Assembly: GCF_001194135.2 (NCBI RefSeq)
Contig: NC_068984.1
Coordinates: 31,975,958-32,039,886, forward strand
DNA length: 63,929 bases
From: Octopus bimaculoides
Lineage: Eukaryota
Direction: 5' to 3'
Shown: positions 41,088 to 53,404 of the stretch, in pieces
Position numbering within the stretch: position 1 is the first letter of the stretch
Layout: each line of letters begins with the position of its first letter
The notes under the pieces: generated by a model
Told to the model about the DNA's origin: nothing
Databases searched by the model: none
Seen by the model: only the letters and a program-made list of their open reading frames with translations
Made by a program: the position numbers and the translations under genes

Positions 41088-42120
41088 GTATGTATATAAA
41101 AACAAATAGTAAATGAGTATATGCATATATACGTACAGGTATGTGCATACCGACATCCACCTGTATGTATAGGTGCATATCTGGGTACAGGACATTGCAA
41201 ACAAACGTAGACGAGAACACACGAGCCACATAGAGAACATTCTACTTCATCAGCTACCCACGTTTTAACACCGGCGTTTCGACGAGCTTCGGGCAGGACG
41301 CATCGTTAAAACGGCTCGTCCCATGGATCGCAGATTAAATTTGTATACGCAAATTAAATCTAGCCATGGAGGAATGTACANNNNNNNNNNNNNNNNNNNN
41401 NNNNNNNNNNNNNNNNNNNNNNNNNNNNNNNNNNNNNNNNNNNNNNNNNNNNNNNNNNNNNNNNNNNNNNNNNNNNNNNNNNNNNNNNNNNNNNNNNNNN
41501 NNNNNNNNNNNNNNNNNNNNNNNNNNNNNNNNNNNNNNNNNNNNNNNNNNNNNNNNNNNNNNNNNNNNNNNNNNNNNNNNNNNNNNNNNNNNNNNNNNNN
41601 NNNNNNNNNNNNNNNNNNNNNNNNNNNNNNNNNNNNNNNNNNNNNNNNNNNNNNNNNNNNNNNNNNNNNNNNNNNNNNNNNNNNNNNNNNNNNNNNNNNN
41701 NNNNNNNNNNNNNNNNNNNNNNNNNNNNNNNNNNNNNNNNNNNNNNNNNNNNNNNNNNNNNNNNNNNNNNNNNNNNNNNNNNNNNNNNNNNNNNNNNNNN
41801 NNNNNNNNNNNNNNNNNNNNNNNNNGTGTATGTATATAAAAACAAATAGTAAATGAGTATATGCATATATACGTACAGGTATGTGCATACCGACATCCAC
41901 CTGTATGTATAGGTGCATATCTGGGTACAGGACATTGCAAACAAACGTAGACGAGAACACACGAGCCACATAGAGAACATTCTACTTCATCAGCTACCCA
42001 CGTTTTAACACCGGCGTTTCGACGAGCTTCGGGCAGGACGCATCGTTAAAACGGCTCGTCCCATGGATCGCAGATTAAATTTGTATACGCAAATTAAATC
42101 TAGCCATGGAGGAATGTACA
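41086..42120. repeat. Identical 295-bp direct repeat on both sides of an N-gap (41086-41380, 41826-42120)
   Basis: No differences seen by eye. Confidence 0.9.
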
Positions 42121-42885
42121 TAGAGAGAGAGACAGACAGAGTGAGAGACAGAGACAAAGTGTTTTTGAATTGCTGTTCAAATATTGTTTATTTAGAGTAA
42201 TAAGGTAGTCAGAATGTTGGATGATTACATATATATTTGTTTACATTTTTAGTGTTTTCTTCCATTAGCGGATTTATCAAAAAGTGGTTTAAAGTTAGAT
42301 TTCTTGGCCTTTTTATGTATAAAAAAAATGTGGGGTTTGCCAAGCAAAGGAGAAGAAACAAGAAAAAAGTTTGAGAAGGAAGGGGAGGTAAAGAGGCATG
42401 GCTTTTGTATTGGTAATGGTCAGACTTGTTTGTTCAATATTTAGTGATCTTTTAGGTGGGGAAGAAAAATAAATTTTGCATTTGGATTGGTCAAGGTTTT
42501 TAATTGAAAAACCAGATGGTTGTTTTTGACTTTCTTCCCTAAAAATTATAATTGCATTTCCATGCCTGGTTTCTTTATTCTTTTCTATTCATTAATGTGG
42601 GGGGAAGTAAAGATATGTTTAATTAGGCTTAATTAGGGTAGTTTGGGTGGGGAATGAAAGGACTTTTTGTTGTAGTCAAGGTTTTTAATTGAAAAATCAG
42701 TTATTGTTTTTGACTTTCTTCAGTAAATAATTATAATTGCATTTCCAGGTCATGTTTTTTTTATTCTTTTATATTCATTAACGAATGGTTGTATGGATCT
42801 GGTCAACCTTCTATGATTGAAATTCTCGATGTTTTCAATGTAGTTGTTTTTGAAAGAGTGAATTTTGAGTAATCTATACACTCAC

Positions 42886-42975
42886 CGTGTTGGTCACTAC
42901 TACTACTACAGCCAACGATTCAAGTCAACGCACAAGACAGCCATTATGTACCCATACAAAAAAACGCTCCTACGT
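42886..42975 (-). promoter_or_regulatory. Candidate alternative first (5'UTR) exon
   Basis: Strong donor CACG|GTGAGT at 42886/42885, six CpGs in about 105 bp, YY1-like ATAATGGCT, no polypyrimidine acceptor upstream. Confidence 0.45.
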
Positions 42976-45559
42976 GGACTCTGTTGACACGAGTAAGAAA
43001 CAATTATGAACTTTTCTTTTAATTACATTTTTTTCAAAATATGTATTTTTGATAAGGTTCGTTTTTTCATGAACCGAAACATGTAAAATATCTCTGAGAA
43101 AATTATAAATTAAAAGTTTATATAGTGGCGTTTTCAAACTTCTTTTATATATATATATTGTATACATACATATAAGAATATTTTGGTGGCTGCAACTGAG
43201 AATAAATATGTGTATGGGTATACACACACACGTTTGTGGTCAAATACGTTTGTACATCTATGACTGAATATGTGTATTTTAAGTATCATCTTAAGTTGTG
43301 TGACCAATTAATTTATTTATAAACAATTTTTGTGACCCCCTAAAATGCAAAAAACAAACTTTCCATACAAAAATTTTCATAACACAAATTTGATACACCT
43401 GAATTAACAAACCTGAATTTGACAATGTGCTTACGAAGTTACTTCCCCGCTTAACTGAACTGTAAACAATAACAATATTTTTAAATGAAACCAAATGAGT
43501 TTCCAAGCATAACTTTCTGTTAATCCACACTTTATAAACATATATTTTCCTTTTATTCTCCTCAAACTATCTTCCTACATAATCACTTCTCCAATCTACC
43601 TAACCACACCTAATTATCATGTCACATTGTTCTACTCAGCCCCAACAAAAATAACATTTCTAAAAACTATATAAGTGCAGAGCTAACCCAATTATAGATG
43701 TCTGATGAGGGGGAAAAGAGTCTGAAACTTGAAAGTTACTGTCAACCTTTTCCTTGAAAACTTTAACACACATAAGATAGATAGCTAACTAGTGAGACTG
43801 CTAGATAAACAGAGAGACAAGCAGAGAGGTAGATAGATCAGTGGATAGACAGTCAGACAGTAGAAAAATCATATGATCTAGTAATTAAGTGAATGGGCAT
43901 CAAAATATGTCATGGGTTCAAATCCAAGTGTTGGAGGTGTGTTGCCTCTTAAGTAAAGTGTGTTACTTTTTGTATCCCCACTCCCCTTTAAAGGAAAATG
44001 AAATTAATTATTTTTCATGGAAACTGAAATAAGTTCTGGCTTGTGACACACATTTTATCTAATTTCATTACACACAAAAATAGCAATATTTTGATAATAC
44101 AGTTACTGTTTGGAACTCATCGAATAATATTTGAGTGTGCACCTATGTAAACATGTGCGTGCGTGCGTGCGTGTGTGTGTGTGTTTGCGTGCGTGTGTGA
44201 GTATGCACATTTTTTACTTTTGCTTTGTATTTGCTTTGCAATATTCTTGATGTTAAATCGTATGTTGAAACAAACTTTGTTGTATCATTTTGCCAATAAG
44301 AAACATAAGCTCGTTTTATTTTCCTTTTCTTTTCTTATTCTTTACTATTATTCAAATACTAAACTACAACTAAATAACAAATAGATTCATTGATTAATCA
44401 GTTGATTAATCAGTCAATCAGTGAGTCTGTCTGAGTTAGTTCATTGCCTTCCATTATATCATAAAAGACTTTCACTCATTACTTCTTGGACTGTCCCACT
44501 GTCTCCAAACTCTTTCCAGTTTAAAAACAATGAGACAAACAGTCTACATATAGACTAATTCCATTTGGGCATTATTTTTGCCTGGATTGTTCTTTGACAT
44601 TTTTTCCAGTGATTTCTCATCTTTCTTCATATTTTACCTTTTATATTTACAGACACACATACAAGCACAAACACATATACACATGCATACGCAACACACA
44701 CATATAGATATATTAATGGATGAAAAGATCTATTTATTTTCATGTCTGTAAAATTTTGATTAATAAGCATACATAAAACAAATGTTGTGTATGAATTTCT
44801 CATTTTTTCTCCTAGAGACATTCATATTCTCAACTTCTCTTTCAGTCATTTTGTGTCTCTATCTCTTTCTCTTTCTCTCTGTGTGTATATGCATGCACAT
44901 GTATGTATGTATGTATGCACATAAATATTTATGCAATGATGTAATGTCTTTAATAAATATTACCCAAACAATAGATATCTTTTCCAGACATATCCTTTTA
45001 ATAATTTGATATTATCTTGTAAAAATTAAAAAACATATATGAATGACGTCACCAAAAACAACAAATTCAGTAGGCATTACCATAGTAACAACTTTATCAA
45101 CAAACCCAATCACTGTATCAACAGAAACAAATGCAGCAATCAATGGAAATAACAATAATAGCAATGACTCTTTTAGTTCATAGGCACTACGACTGACATT
45201 TATTTCAGAAAGGTAGTATGTTGTGATATGTATGCTTTCCCTAAAAAAATTAGCCTTGAATTATTTTATCATTTTCCTGGTTTCAATCATTGGACTGTGA
45301 CAAAGTTGGGGCGCTAACCATAAATGGTTTTGTAATAGATTTGATTGGTGCCTGTGTTTATTAAGAATCTGCTACTTATTTTATTCATCAGCAATGAATG
45401 GGTAAATCACATTCTCATGTAAAACAACTCAACTCAAAGCACCGTCTTTAACTTCTCGTACACTGGTACAGTATAGTACATACACTAGTGTATAGTATGT
45501 AACAGACTTGATAAGATCTGGCACTCAAACCTTCCACCAACATTTAAAGTTAAAATATT

Positions 45560-45900
45560 TAGAACACTAATCCTTCTCTATGAATCAGAGACCTGGACCT
45601 TATTGGCTCTCTTAGAAAAACAACTAGATGGAACATATATCAACCTGCCCAGAAAGATACAGAACATCAGTTGGAGATCACACCCAACACTTAGTAACAT
45701 CTACATAAATCTAATACCAATATCCCTCAAGCTAAAGCAGAAACAGCTACAATTTGATGGCTACTGTCATCGAGCAGAGAAAGAGCTTATCTCATCCCTG
45801 CTCCTATATCTTGGGACTCAGGGCTGGATATTAGAAATCTGAACAAAGCAATGCAGGACCGTATAGTGTGGAAAGGGATTGTCAATGGAGTTCCAGCCAA
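45560..45900 (+). mobile_element. RTE-clade LINE C-terminal fragment
   Basis: SETWTL..LEKQLDGTY..L.RKIQNISWRSHPT..IY.NL.PIS..LKQKQLQFDGYCHRAEKELISSLLL fits the post-RT region of RTE-type ORF2. Confidence 0.75.
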
Positions 45901-48603
45901 CTATAAGTTGGTCGTAGGATGATGACGATGAGTACATACTATAACTATAACTATATANNNNNNNNNNNNNNNNNNNNNNNNNNNNNNNNNNNNNNNNNNN
46001 NNNNNNNNNNNNNNNNNNNNNNNNNNNNNNNNNNNNNNNNNNNNNNNNNNNNNNNNNNNNNNNNNNNNNNNNNNNNNNNNNNNNNNNNNNNNNNNNNNNN
46101 NNNNNNNNNNNNNNNNNNNNNNNNNNNNNNNNNNNNNNNNNNNNNNNNNNNNNNNNNNNNNNNNNNNNNNNNNNNNNNNNNNNNNNNNNNNNNNNNNNNN
46201 NNNNNNNNNNNNNNNNNNNNNNNNNNNNNNNNNNNNNNNNNNNNNNNTATATATATATATATATATGCTTATGTGCATATGTGCCTGCTAGTGATTGATT
46301 TGGAGGCCTTAACTCCAGAAAAAGCTGCTGTGCTATCAATATTGGCATATCTTAAATAATGACAATAAGCTTTTCTAACATACACTCAAGACCAGAAATT
46401 TGTAGGTGGTATCATTTGATTAAATCTATTCCAGCCATTCACTGACACATCATTTTATTCACCTCTTTGGAGTAAGTGAGAGATCACTCTTATGATATAC
46501 ATGGCAGGTCATGTGTTTAACAATACACAAACAACGAAGTTCAAACTTCTACTAACCATAATTGTTACTGTTGTGTACTAATGAGTCATATGATTTATGC
46601 AGTTAGTAATTTGCAAGAGTGTTGCTCACAAACTGCAAAATGCTAGTCTCATAACCACATGATCAATATATTTCATAATTCTTTTTAGAATAATGAAGAC
46701 AAAGCATGTGTTTGCATCCATATAACTATTCTTTCTTCACCATGGTGCTGGGCATGCTTAGAATTATGAAAAGCAAGGTGATTTGTCCATCTTCATTACA
46801 AAACCTCAGAGTGCTCCCTCTATGAGAAACATTGAGTTAAAGAGTTTTCTATTTACAAGTGGTTCTTTGCTTCCCAAATGACAATAGATCACTGCTTAGT
46901 GTCTCATTTTGTTATTTTGGATCATTTTGCCATTTCCATATTCAAGATTGCTGCAAACAACATTTCTGTAATCAACACCATTGGATATTGGATAATGTTG
47001 TTTTGCAGTTTAACTCAAAGTCTGCCCTAATCGATGAAATTTACAATTATTCTGGTTTCCTTCATACATAGTGTATCAAAATCTATATTATTCATTGTCT
47101 CCTTATTTCAAGATATCTTGGTGTAACTCCAAAGAGATTTGGCTGTTTTTCTAGCATATCAAATGATGATCTAGAAATTTACTTGTTGGCTTATAATCAA
47201 TATAGTAGATCAAATATGAATGTCGTGATCCATATAATGTATCCTGCTTGAGCAATTTCATATGGAGAATGGATCTTACAGAAATGAGTGGATTCAGAAA
47301 GTGGATCGTGTATTGGCAGGAGCCTCTTGAGAATGTATTTGGCAAGTATAATCAGATTTATGAAATAAACCATATCAGAACATTATGATCTCAAAAGTGA
47401 AATATGCACGTTTGGCATGATCAAGAAAGTAGGTGATGCATGAAAGCATATAGTAATTGATGTTAACATGAACAGTCAGATATGGACAGGAGGTCATACA
47501 TGTGAGATATGACTCAGAAATAAACCTTACAGAATAACGCAAAACTACGTACATACTGGCAAATGGAATAAAGCAGCTAAGAATATCTGTACCTTTACCT
47601 TGTTTTTCATTTTCTGCATTGATGCTTTGAAAAGTTTCAAATCTGATTGATCAATCCAAAAACAGTATTTTATTGATTTGTAACTGAATTCAATACAATT
47701 TTACTTCACTTTCTATTACTGCTATTATTTATTGTCATTTTCTTTCTATGCAATATTTTTGTTTTGTTTTTAATTACACATTCTGAGTTAAACCTTCCTT
47801 TTAATCAATCAATTTAGATAAGAAGATTTTCTTTCTTCCAGGACATGTTCTCATTCTTGTAGACATGTTTGATATAGAGAAATGTCATACATATTCCATT
47901 ATAAAAGAAACATAATTATCTAATCCTTTGTAATTAAGTATCTTGATTTCTGTTTTCTTTATATTTACTCATTTAAATCCTTTTTTTTTATCTAATTTTA
48001 CAAAGATGTCGGGTTATTATATAGAGAATACAATTTCTATACCCTTTTTGAAATTAATCAATATTAAAAACAGAAAAATATATTTGGCTATCCACAGATG
48101 GCTTAACACAGAATAATCCTTGTGTGTATTAAGATTACTGGTATATACATAATCTTATTTTAAATGATCTTTTTCTTTCATCCAAACATACTCCTATTTT
48201 GCTTTATTTTATTGAGACTTTTTAAATATTTATATTGCAAACTTGTCCAACCTTAAAAGAATATTTTATGTCAAGGAAAAAAAATTTAAATTAGAAATGC
48301 AAACTGAGCTTTGGAACAGAATTGGATATAGGAGAATAAGCTGTGTATTGATATCATACGAAAATACAAGAAAGAAATGTCCTAAGGCATTAGACCTAAG
48401 GCTGATATAAAGGTTCTACTTCAGAGATAGATTTAAAATTCATTTCAAATAATCACCACCACAACCACCACCAACACAACCACCACACACTCTCCTCTTG
48501 TATTTCACACAGTCACATCGTGGATACTAATGCACTAACATTTCTACAATGCTTGCATTTCTATAATTAATGTTCACTATTACATTTCTTTACTGCCCAC
48601 AAG

Positions 48604-48812
48604 CGGCTACACACAGAGGGGACAGACAAGGACAGACAAACGGATTAAGTCGATTACATCGACCCCAGTGCGTAACTGGTACTTATTTAATCGACCCCGA
48701 AAGGATGAAAGGCAAAGTCGACCTCGGCGGAATTTGAACTCAGAACGTAGTGGCAGACAAAATACCGCTAAGCATTTCGCCCGGCGTGCTAATGTTTCTG
48801 CCAGCTCGCCGC
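48604..48812 (-). mobile_element. SINE family A, best-preserved copy
   Basis: CpGs retained; B box GAGTTCAAATTCC; homologous to more than 10 decayed copies in the window. Confidence 0.92.
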
Positions 48813-49129
48813 CATTTATGTTCACTATTAGCCTTGCCAAGTGAACAGATATGAGTTGCTGATCAAAACTTTCAAAATTTGGCTTAAAGACTAGGTTCAC
48901 TCATATCTTTATTTTATAAATAATTTTCAACTTGTTGAACTTCTTTTAGTTATCTCATGTTTAACCTTAAATATTCTCAGAGTGTATTAACTTGATTTAT
49001 GTGGGACCATGCCAGATATGTTCTGCAGCAAGGTTTTAACATACTGAGGAATTTCCATAAAAACTTTAGAAACTTGGAAAATTGATTCTCTCAAATGCCC
49101 TGGTGGCTCATTAGAGGCAGTAGATAATT

Positions 49130-50014
49130 TCTGTTACCTAGGGGACCAAATTAGTTGTGGGTGAAGATGCACAGAGAGTGTGATAGCTAGAGAAAGAAAT
49201 TCAGAAATTTGTTATCTCTGTTGGCCATGAAAGGTTTCTCACTCCAAGTGAAAAGAAGATTGTATGATGCATGTATACAGACAGCAATTCAACATAGTAG
49301 TGAAATGTGGGCCCTAAATGTAGAGGAAATATGAAGGTTAGAAATGAATGAAGCTAGTATACTCTGCTGGATGTGTAATGTAAGTGTATATGTTTTACAG
49401 AGTGCCAGTATTCTGAGAGAGAATTTAGGCATTAGAGGAATTGGTTGCTGTGTACAAGAGGGAAGACTGTGCTGGTTTAGTCATGTGGTGTGGATGGATG
49501 CCGATAGCTCCATAAATAAGTGCCAATCTCTCAAAGTGGATGGAACATGTGGAAGTGGAAGATCCAGGAAGACATGGCATGAAGTATTGAAGAACAACCT
49601 GAGGAAGCTGAACCTTTCAGGCAAGACGACAAAGGACCAAGATACCTGGCACATTACTGTACTTGAGAAGACACATACCCCACAACAATTGTGTTAAAAC
49701 TGATCCTTCTGATGATATAAAGCACTCATGGCTGTGCCACATAAAAGCACCCAGCACTTTCTGTGAAGTGGGTGGCATTAGGATGGGCAACCAACCATAG
49801 AGACCATGCCAAATCAGAGTGGAGTCTGATGCAGGCCCACCAGCTTGCCAGTTCTGCTCACACCATCCAACCTATGCCAAAATGGATAATGGACGTTAAA
49901 TGATGATGACGATGATGATGATGATGATGATGATGGTGATGGTGGTGGTGGTGGTGGTGGTGATGGTGATGGTGATGGTGATGATGATGATGATGGTGAT
50001 GGTGATGGTGATGG

Positions 50015-50063
<49 letters not shown>

Positions 50064-50064
50064 A
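49130..50064 (+). mobile_element. RTE LINE 3' end with 3'UTR and (GAT)n tail
   Basis: F.YLGDQI, KGFSLQVK.RLYDAC, RLE.NEAS.L.WMCNVSV, G.GRSRKTW.EV, then UTR ending GGACGTTAAATGATGAT and a long ATG/GTG repeat. Confidence 0.9.
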
Positions 50065-50883
50065 NNNNNNNNNNNNNNNNNNNNNNNNNNATATATATAT
50101 ATATAATCTTCATTTAATATCTGTCTTGCATGCTAGCCTAGGTTTGTCAATTTGAGTCAGAACTGCATCCAAGCTCCATTGTTTTACTTTGGCATGGTTT
50201 TTACAGCTGGATGCATCTCTTAACATCAACCACTTTACAAAGTAGATATATGGACACACACACGCTAATATCAAACAGTGAAAAGGAGTGCTCAACACTG
50301 AATTGGTAGACAAATATTCTTTACTAGTGGGTTAACAAGGTTACCAATGCTTTCATGTCGAAAGAAATCTCTCAGCATTTATCAAGCCTGCAACATGAGT
50401 ATTTTGGTACTCATCTCTATCTTAGATGATAATACATGAAGCTTCACAGTTGCATATGCATTACTAAACTCAAGTGCATTTTGAAACAGACTTTTGGAGA
50501 TCAAGAGGTAAAAGTCAATGATTTTGAAACGGACATCATCGAGTTTTGCGTTTGGGCTTCTCTTCAATTTTTTTTTTTAACCTTCAATGGTCGTATACAA
50601 ATGCTACATATCCATTGAGTTAAGAATGTGCAAGTAACAATTCGTTCATTGAAATTTCGAGAATGACCACCAACCAACCACTTTGCCTCGCCTCCATCCT
50701 GGATAAGTTTTTATGAGGACACATTGCACATATACATCACATCACGTGATTCACTTAAAAAATACATATATGCACAAATGTATAAATTTACAACTCCCAT
50801 GGACCAAGTTTGACATCAGAATCTGTGAAACTCCACAATTATATGCACACACCCACATGAACAAAATGCATAATGCAGGTATG

Positions 50884-50923
<40 letters not shown>

Positions 50924-50926
<3 letters not shown>

Positions 50927-51834
50927 ACATCCTATAAACAATGCAGTTTTTTATACTTCTTTTATTTTTCAATATTAAGATAGACAAAGTTCTCTTTTTA
51001 ATCTAAAGTATACTCTCCTTCATTTTCCACAATGCATTTTCATTTATTTAGTACAGTCCAAGTCCCCACTTCCAAAATTCCCTTGCCTGTAAAGAAAAAT
51101 ACTCCTCCAGTACTGTTCTGACCTCGTCTACAGAATACATATTTTTACATCCAGAATATTTTGAAGACTGTGAAATAAATGATAATCAGATGAGGCAATG
51201 ACCAGCGAATATGATGGGTGGGACATCGTTTCCCATTCAAATTGCTCCAGCCTTTGGAATGTCATCCTCGCTGTATGTGGCCTGGCATCATCCTGATGGA
51301 AGAACACTTTTAATCTTGAAACCATTTTTCTTCTGGCGCAGGTGTCGATGAATGATTGAATGACCAAATCCAAGTCTCTCTGCTAGTTCCTCAAAAGTTA
51401 CAATGGGATTTTGTTCCACCAGGGTTTTCTGGACGTCCTCACTGAGCTCTATAGATCTTCTAGGACAAAGCTCGTCTTCTACACTGTAGTTTCCCGTTGG
51501 GAATTTCTGGAACTACCGGTGACACTGGATAAAGCATATTGTTCGATCCTTATATACTGCATTACTATTTCTCGCACTTTCCATTGTATTGTTGCCTTTA
51601 TTGAACTCATAAAGCAAAATATGCCGAATATGCTCCTTTGTCGCTTCCATTATAGCTTTGAAAAAAAAAACCGTTAAAATCGAACTGCACTCTTCAAAAC
51701 ATGCACTAAAAATAATGACAAGCTAAATTTACTACCTGCTTTTAGAGCAAGTTGGTGCAGGTAGGTTGGCCCATCTTCCTCCTAGTTTTAGCACATGCAA
51801 TTGAAAAAAAACTGCATTAGTTATGAGATGACCC
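50924..51834 (-). mobile_element. Internally deleted mariner element (911 bp) with both 28-bp TIRs, inserted in (TA)n
   Basis: TIRs GGGACATCCTATAAACAATGCAGTTTTT and GGGTCATCTCATAACTAATGCAGTTTTT, TA flanks. ORF 51128..51373 has FHQDDARPHTA, WETMSHPSYS..IASSDYHLF. Confidence 0.93.
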
Positions 51835-51886
<52 letters not shown>

Positions 51887-52088
51887 CAACAATTTCGATT
51901 TTCCTATAATCTAGCTCCCATTATCTGTATATTTCTTTATCCCAAAATCCAGTATAGTGTCATGTAGCCTAGTATATTCTCCAAGCTGGAGACAAATGCC
52001 AAAGTTCTCATGTGACAGGCTTCATAACTGTTAAGAGATTTCTCTCTACATGAACCATAGGTAGCGTTGTTGACCTACAAAGTGTGTG

Positions 52089-52160
<72 letters not shown>

Positions 52161-52199
52161 TAGATATATAGATAGATAGATAGACAGATAGATAGATAG

Positions 52200-53300
52200 A
52201 TAGATACATGACTGCTCGTCAGACACTATCACGAGTGTCTGACAAGGGTTACTTGAAGCCCTGAGTAACAGGTTGTGTTTGACTCTAAGAAATGTTCAAG
52301 TTATCGAAAAGCGTGCTAGGGCTAGTTGCCATATTTTATTTCTAAAATGGAACCTGAATTATGACGTTTTCGCCAACACTATACACAATGCGCACGTACC
52401 TAAATGCTTCCACACACCAGGTTTCCAACAAAAATACTTTCAGGTGCAACAAATATACTTTCAGCTTAGACGTGGTCTCTCTATACACCTCTGTTCCTGC
52501 CCTGTCTTCGACCTAATCACGGAATGTGGCGCCTTCTCGGCGTTACATTGCTTCAGACTTACCTTCTCCGACATCCACCAGCTACTTTCAGTCATAGTTA
52601 CCAATACGCACTTCGATTTCTTTGGCAATACGTATAAATAGTGTTCTGGCTTTCGACTTTTGCACACACATTTGCTCACGCCAACACCTTCGTTGCAACT
52701 TTCTTTCACACAGACCCTTTATCTCTAGGTCTGGCTGAACTTTTCATGTTGAACAGAACCTTTTTCTTACTCACATCTTGTCGGATGCAAAAGTTTTGCT
52801 TCCATTATTGCATCCGACACAGCATTGCTTTGCAAATTTATTGAGCTTGCCATTCTTTGTTTTAACGAAACAATTTTTGTTTTTTCATTGTATAATTTTA
52901 GCCAAGTTTTCTGAGTTCGGCGGCCATCTTGTTTCCGCGCCCTCTACAATCCTTCCTTGTTTCNNNNNNNNNNNNNNNNNNNNNNNNNNNNNNNNNNNNN
53001 NNNNNNNNNNNNNNNNNNNNNNNNNNNNNNNNNNNNNNNNNNGTGGCGCGTGTGGCCGCCATCTTGGGAAGTGCCATTGCGCATGTGCAGGGGATTTGCC
53101 GTCAGCGGAAGTACCCGAGCACGCATGCGCAATGCAACAGGTGGAGAGAGAGCAATAGCGTTCGATCTCTTCTCTATCTAGCAGCTGTCGCGACAACACG
53201 TTCTTCCAGTGCTCTCTCAACTCGATACCGACATGTGGTCGAAGCTTCCTTGGTATTCTAGCGGCATGCCTGTTCACCCAGGAACGAAACGGCTCTACAC
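52200..53300 (-). promoter_or_regulatory. CpG-island-like housekeeping promoter (probably minus-strand, possibly bidirectional)
   Basis: Dense CpGs against a depleted background. YY1 motifs GCCGCCATCTTG (53055-53066) and GCGGCCATCTTG (52920-52931), NRF1-like TGCGCATGTGCA (53078-53089) and CACGCATGCGCA (53120-53131), ETS CGGAAGT (53106-53112). Strong minus-strand donors follow at 52774 and 52562. Confidence 0.8.
52775..52853 (-). CDS. Candidate first coding exon of an unidentified gene (MASSINLQSNAVSDAIMEAKLLHPTR...)
   Basis: ATG in good Kozak context (AGAATGG), 26 codons, then donor AT|GTGAGT (alternative GA|GTAAGA 4 nt further on). Product not recognised; could be 5'UTR. Confidence 0.4.
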
Positions 53301-53404
53301 CAACCTCGAAAATAAATTATTGATCTGTTGTATTTCTGGATTTTAATGATTAATATAAAAACTGGGGAGAGATGGCCGAGCCTTCATATCTCATCCAATT
53401 CTTA

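Noticed and set aside
41230-41320. Hammerhead-like pieces on the minus strand (GAAAC and CTGATGA)
   Set aside because: No arrangement gives stems I-III with a correct core and UH site in any permutation.
46700-47350. Possible RLE-type LINE C-terminal relic (RFCNED..Cys/His pattern); similar hint at 2000-2560
   Set aside because: Too degenerate to support without an HMM search.
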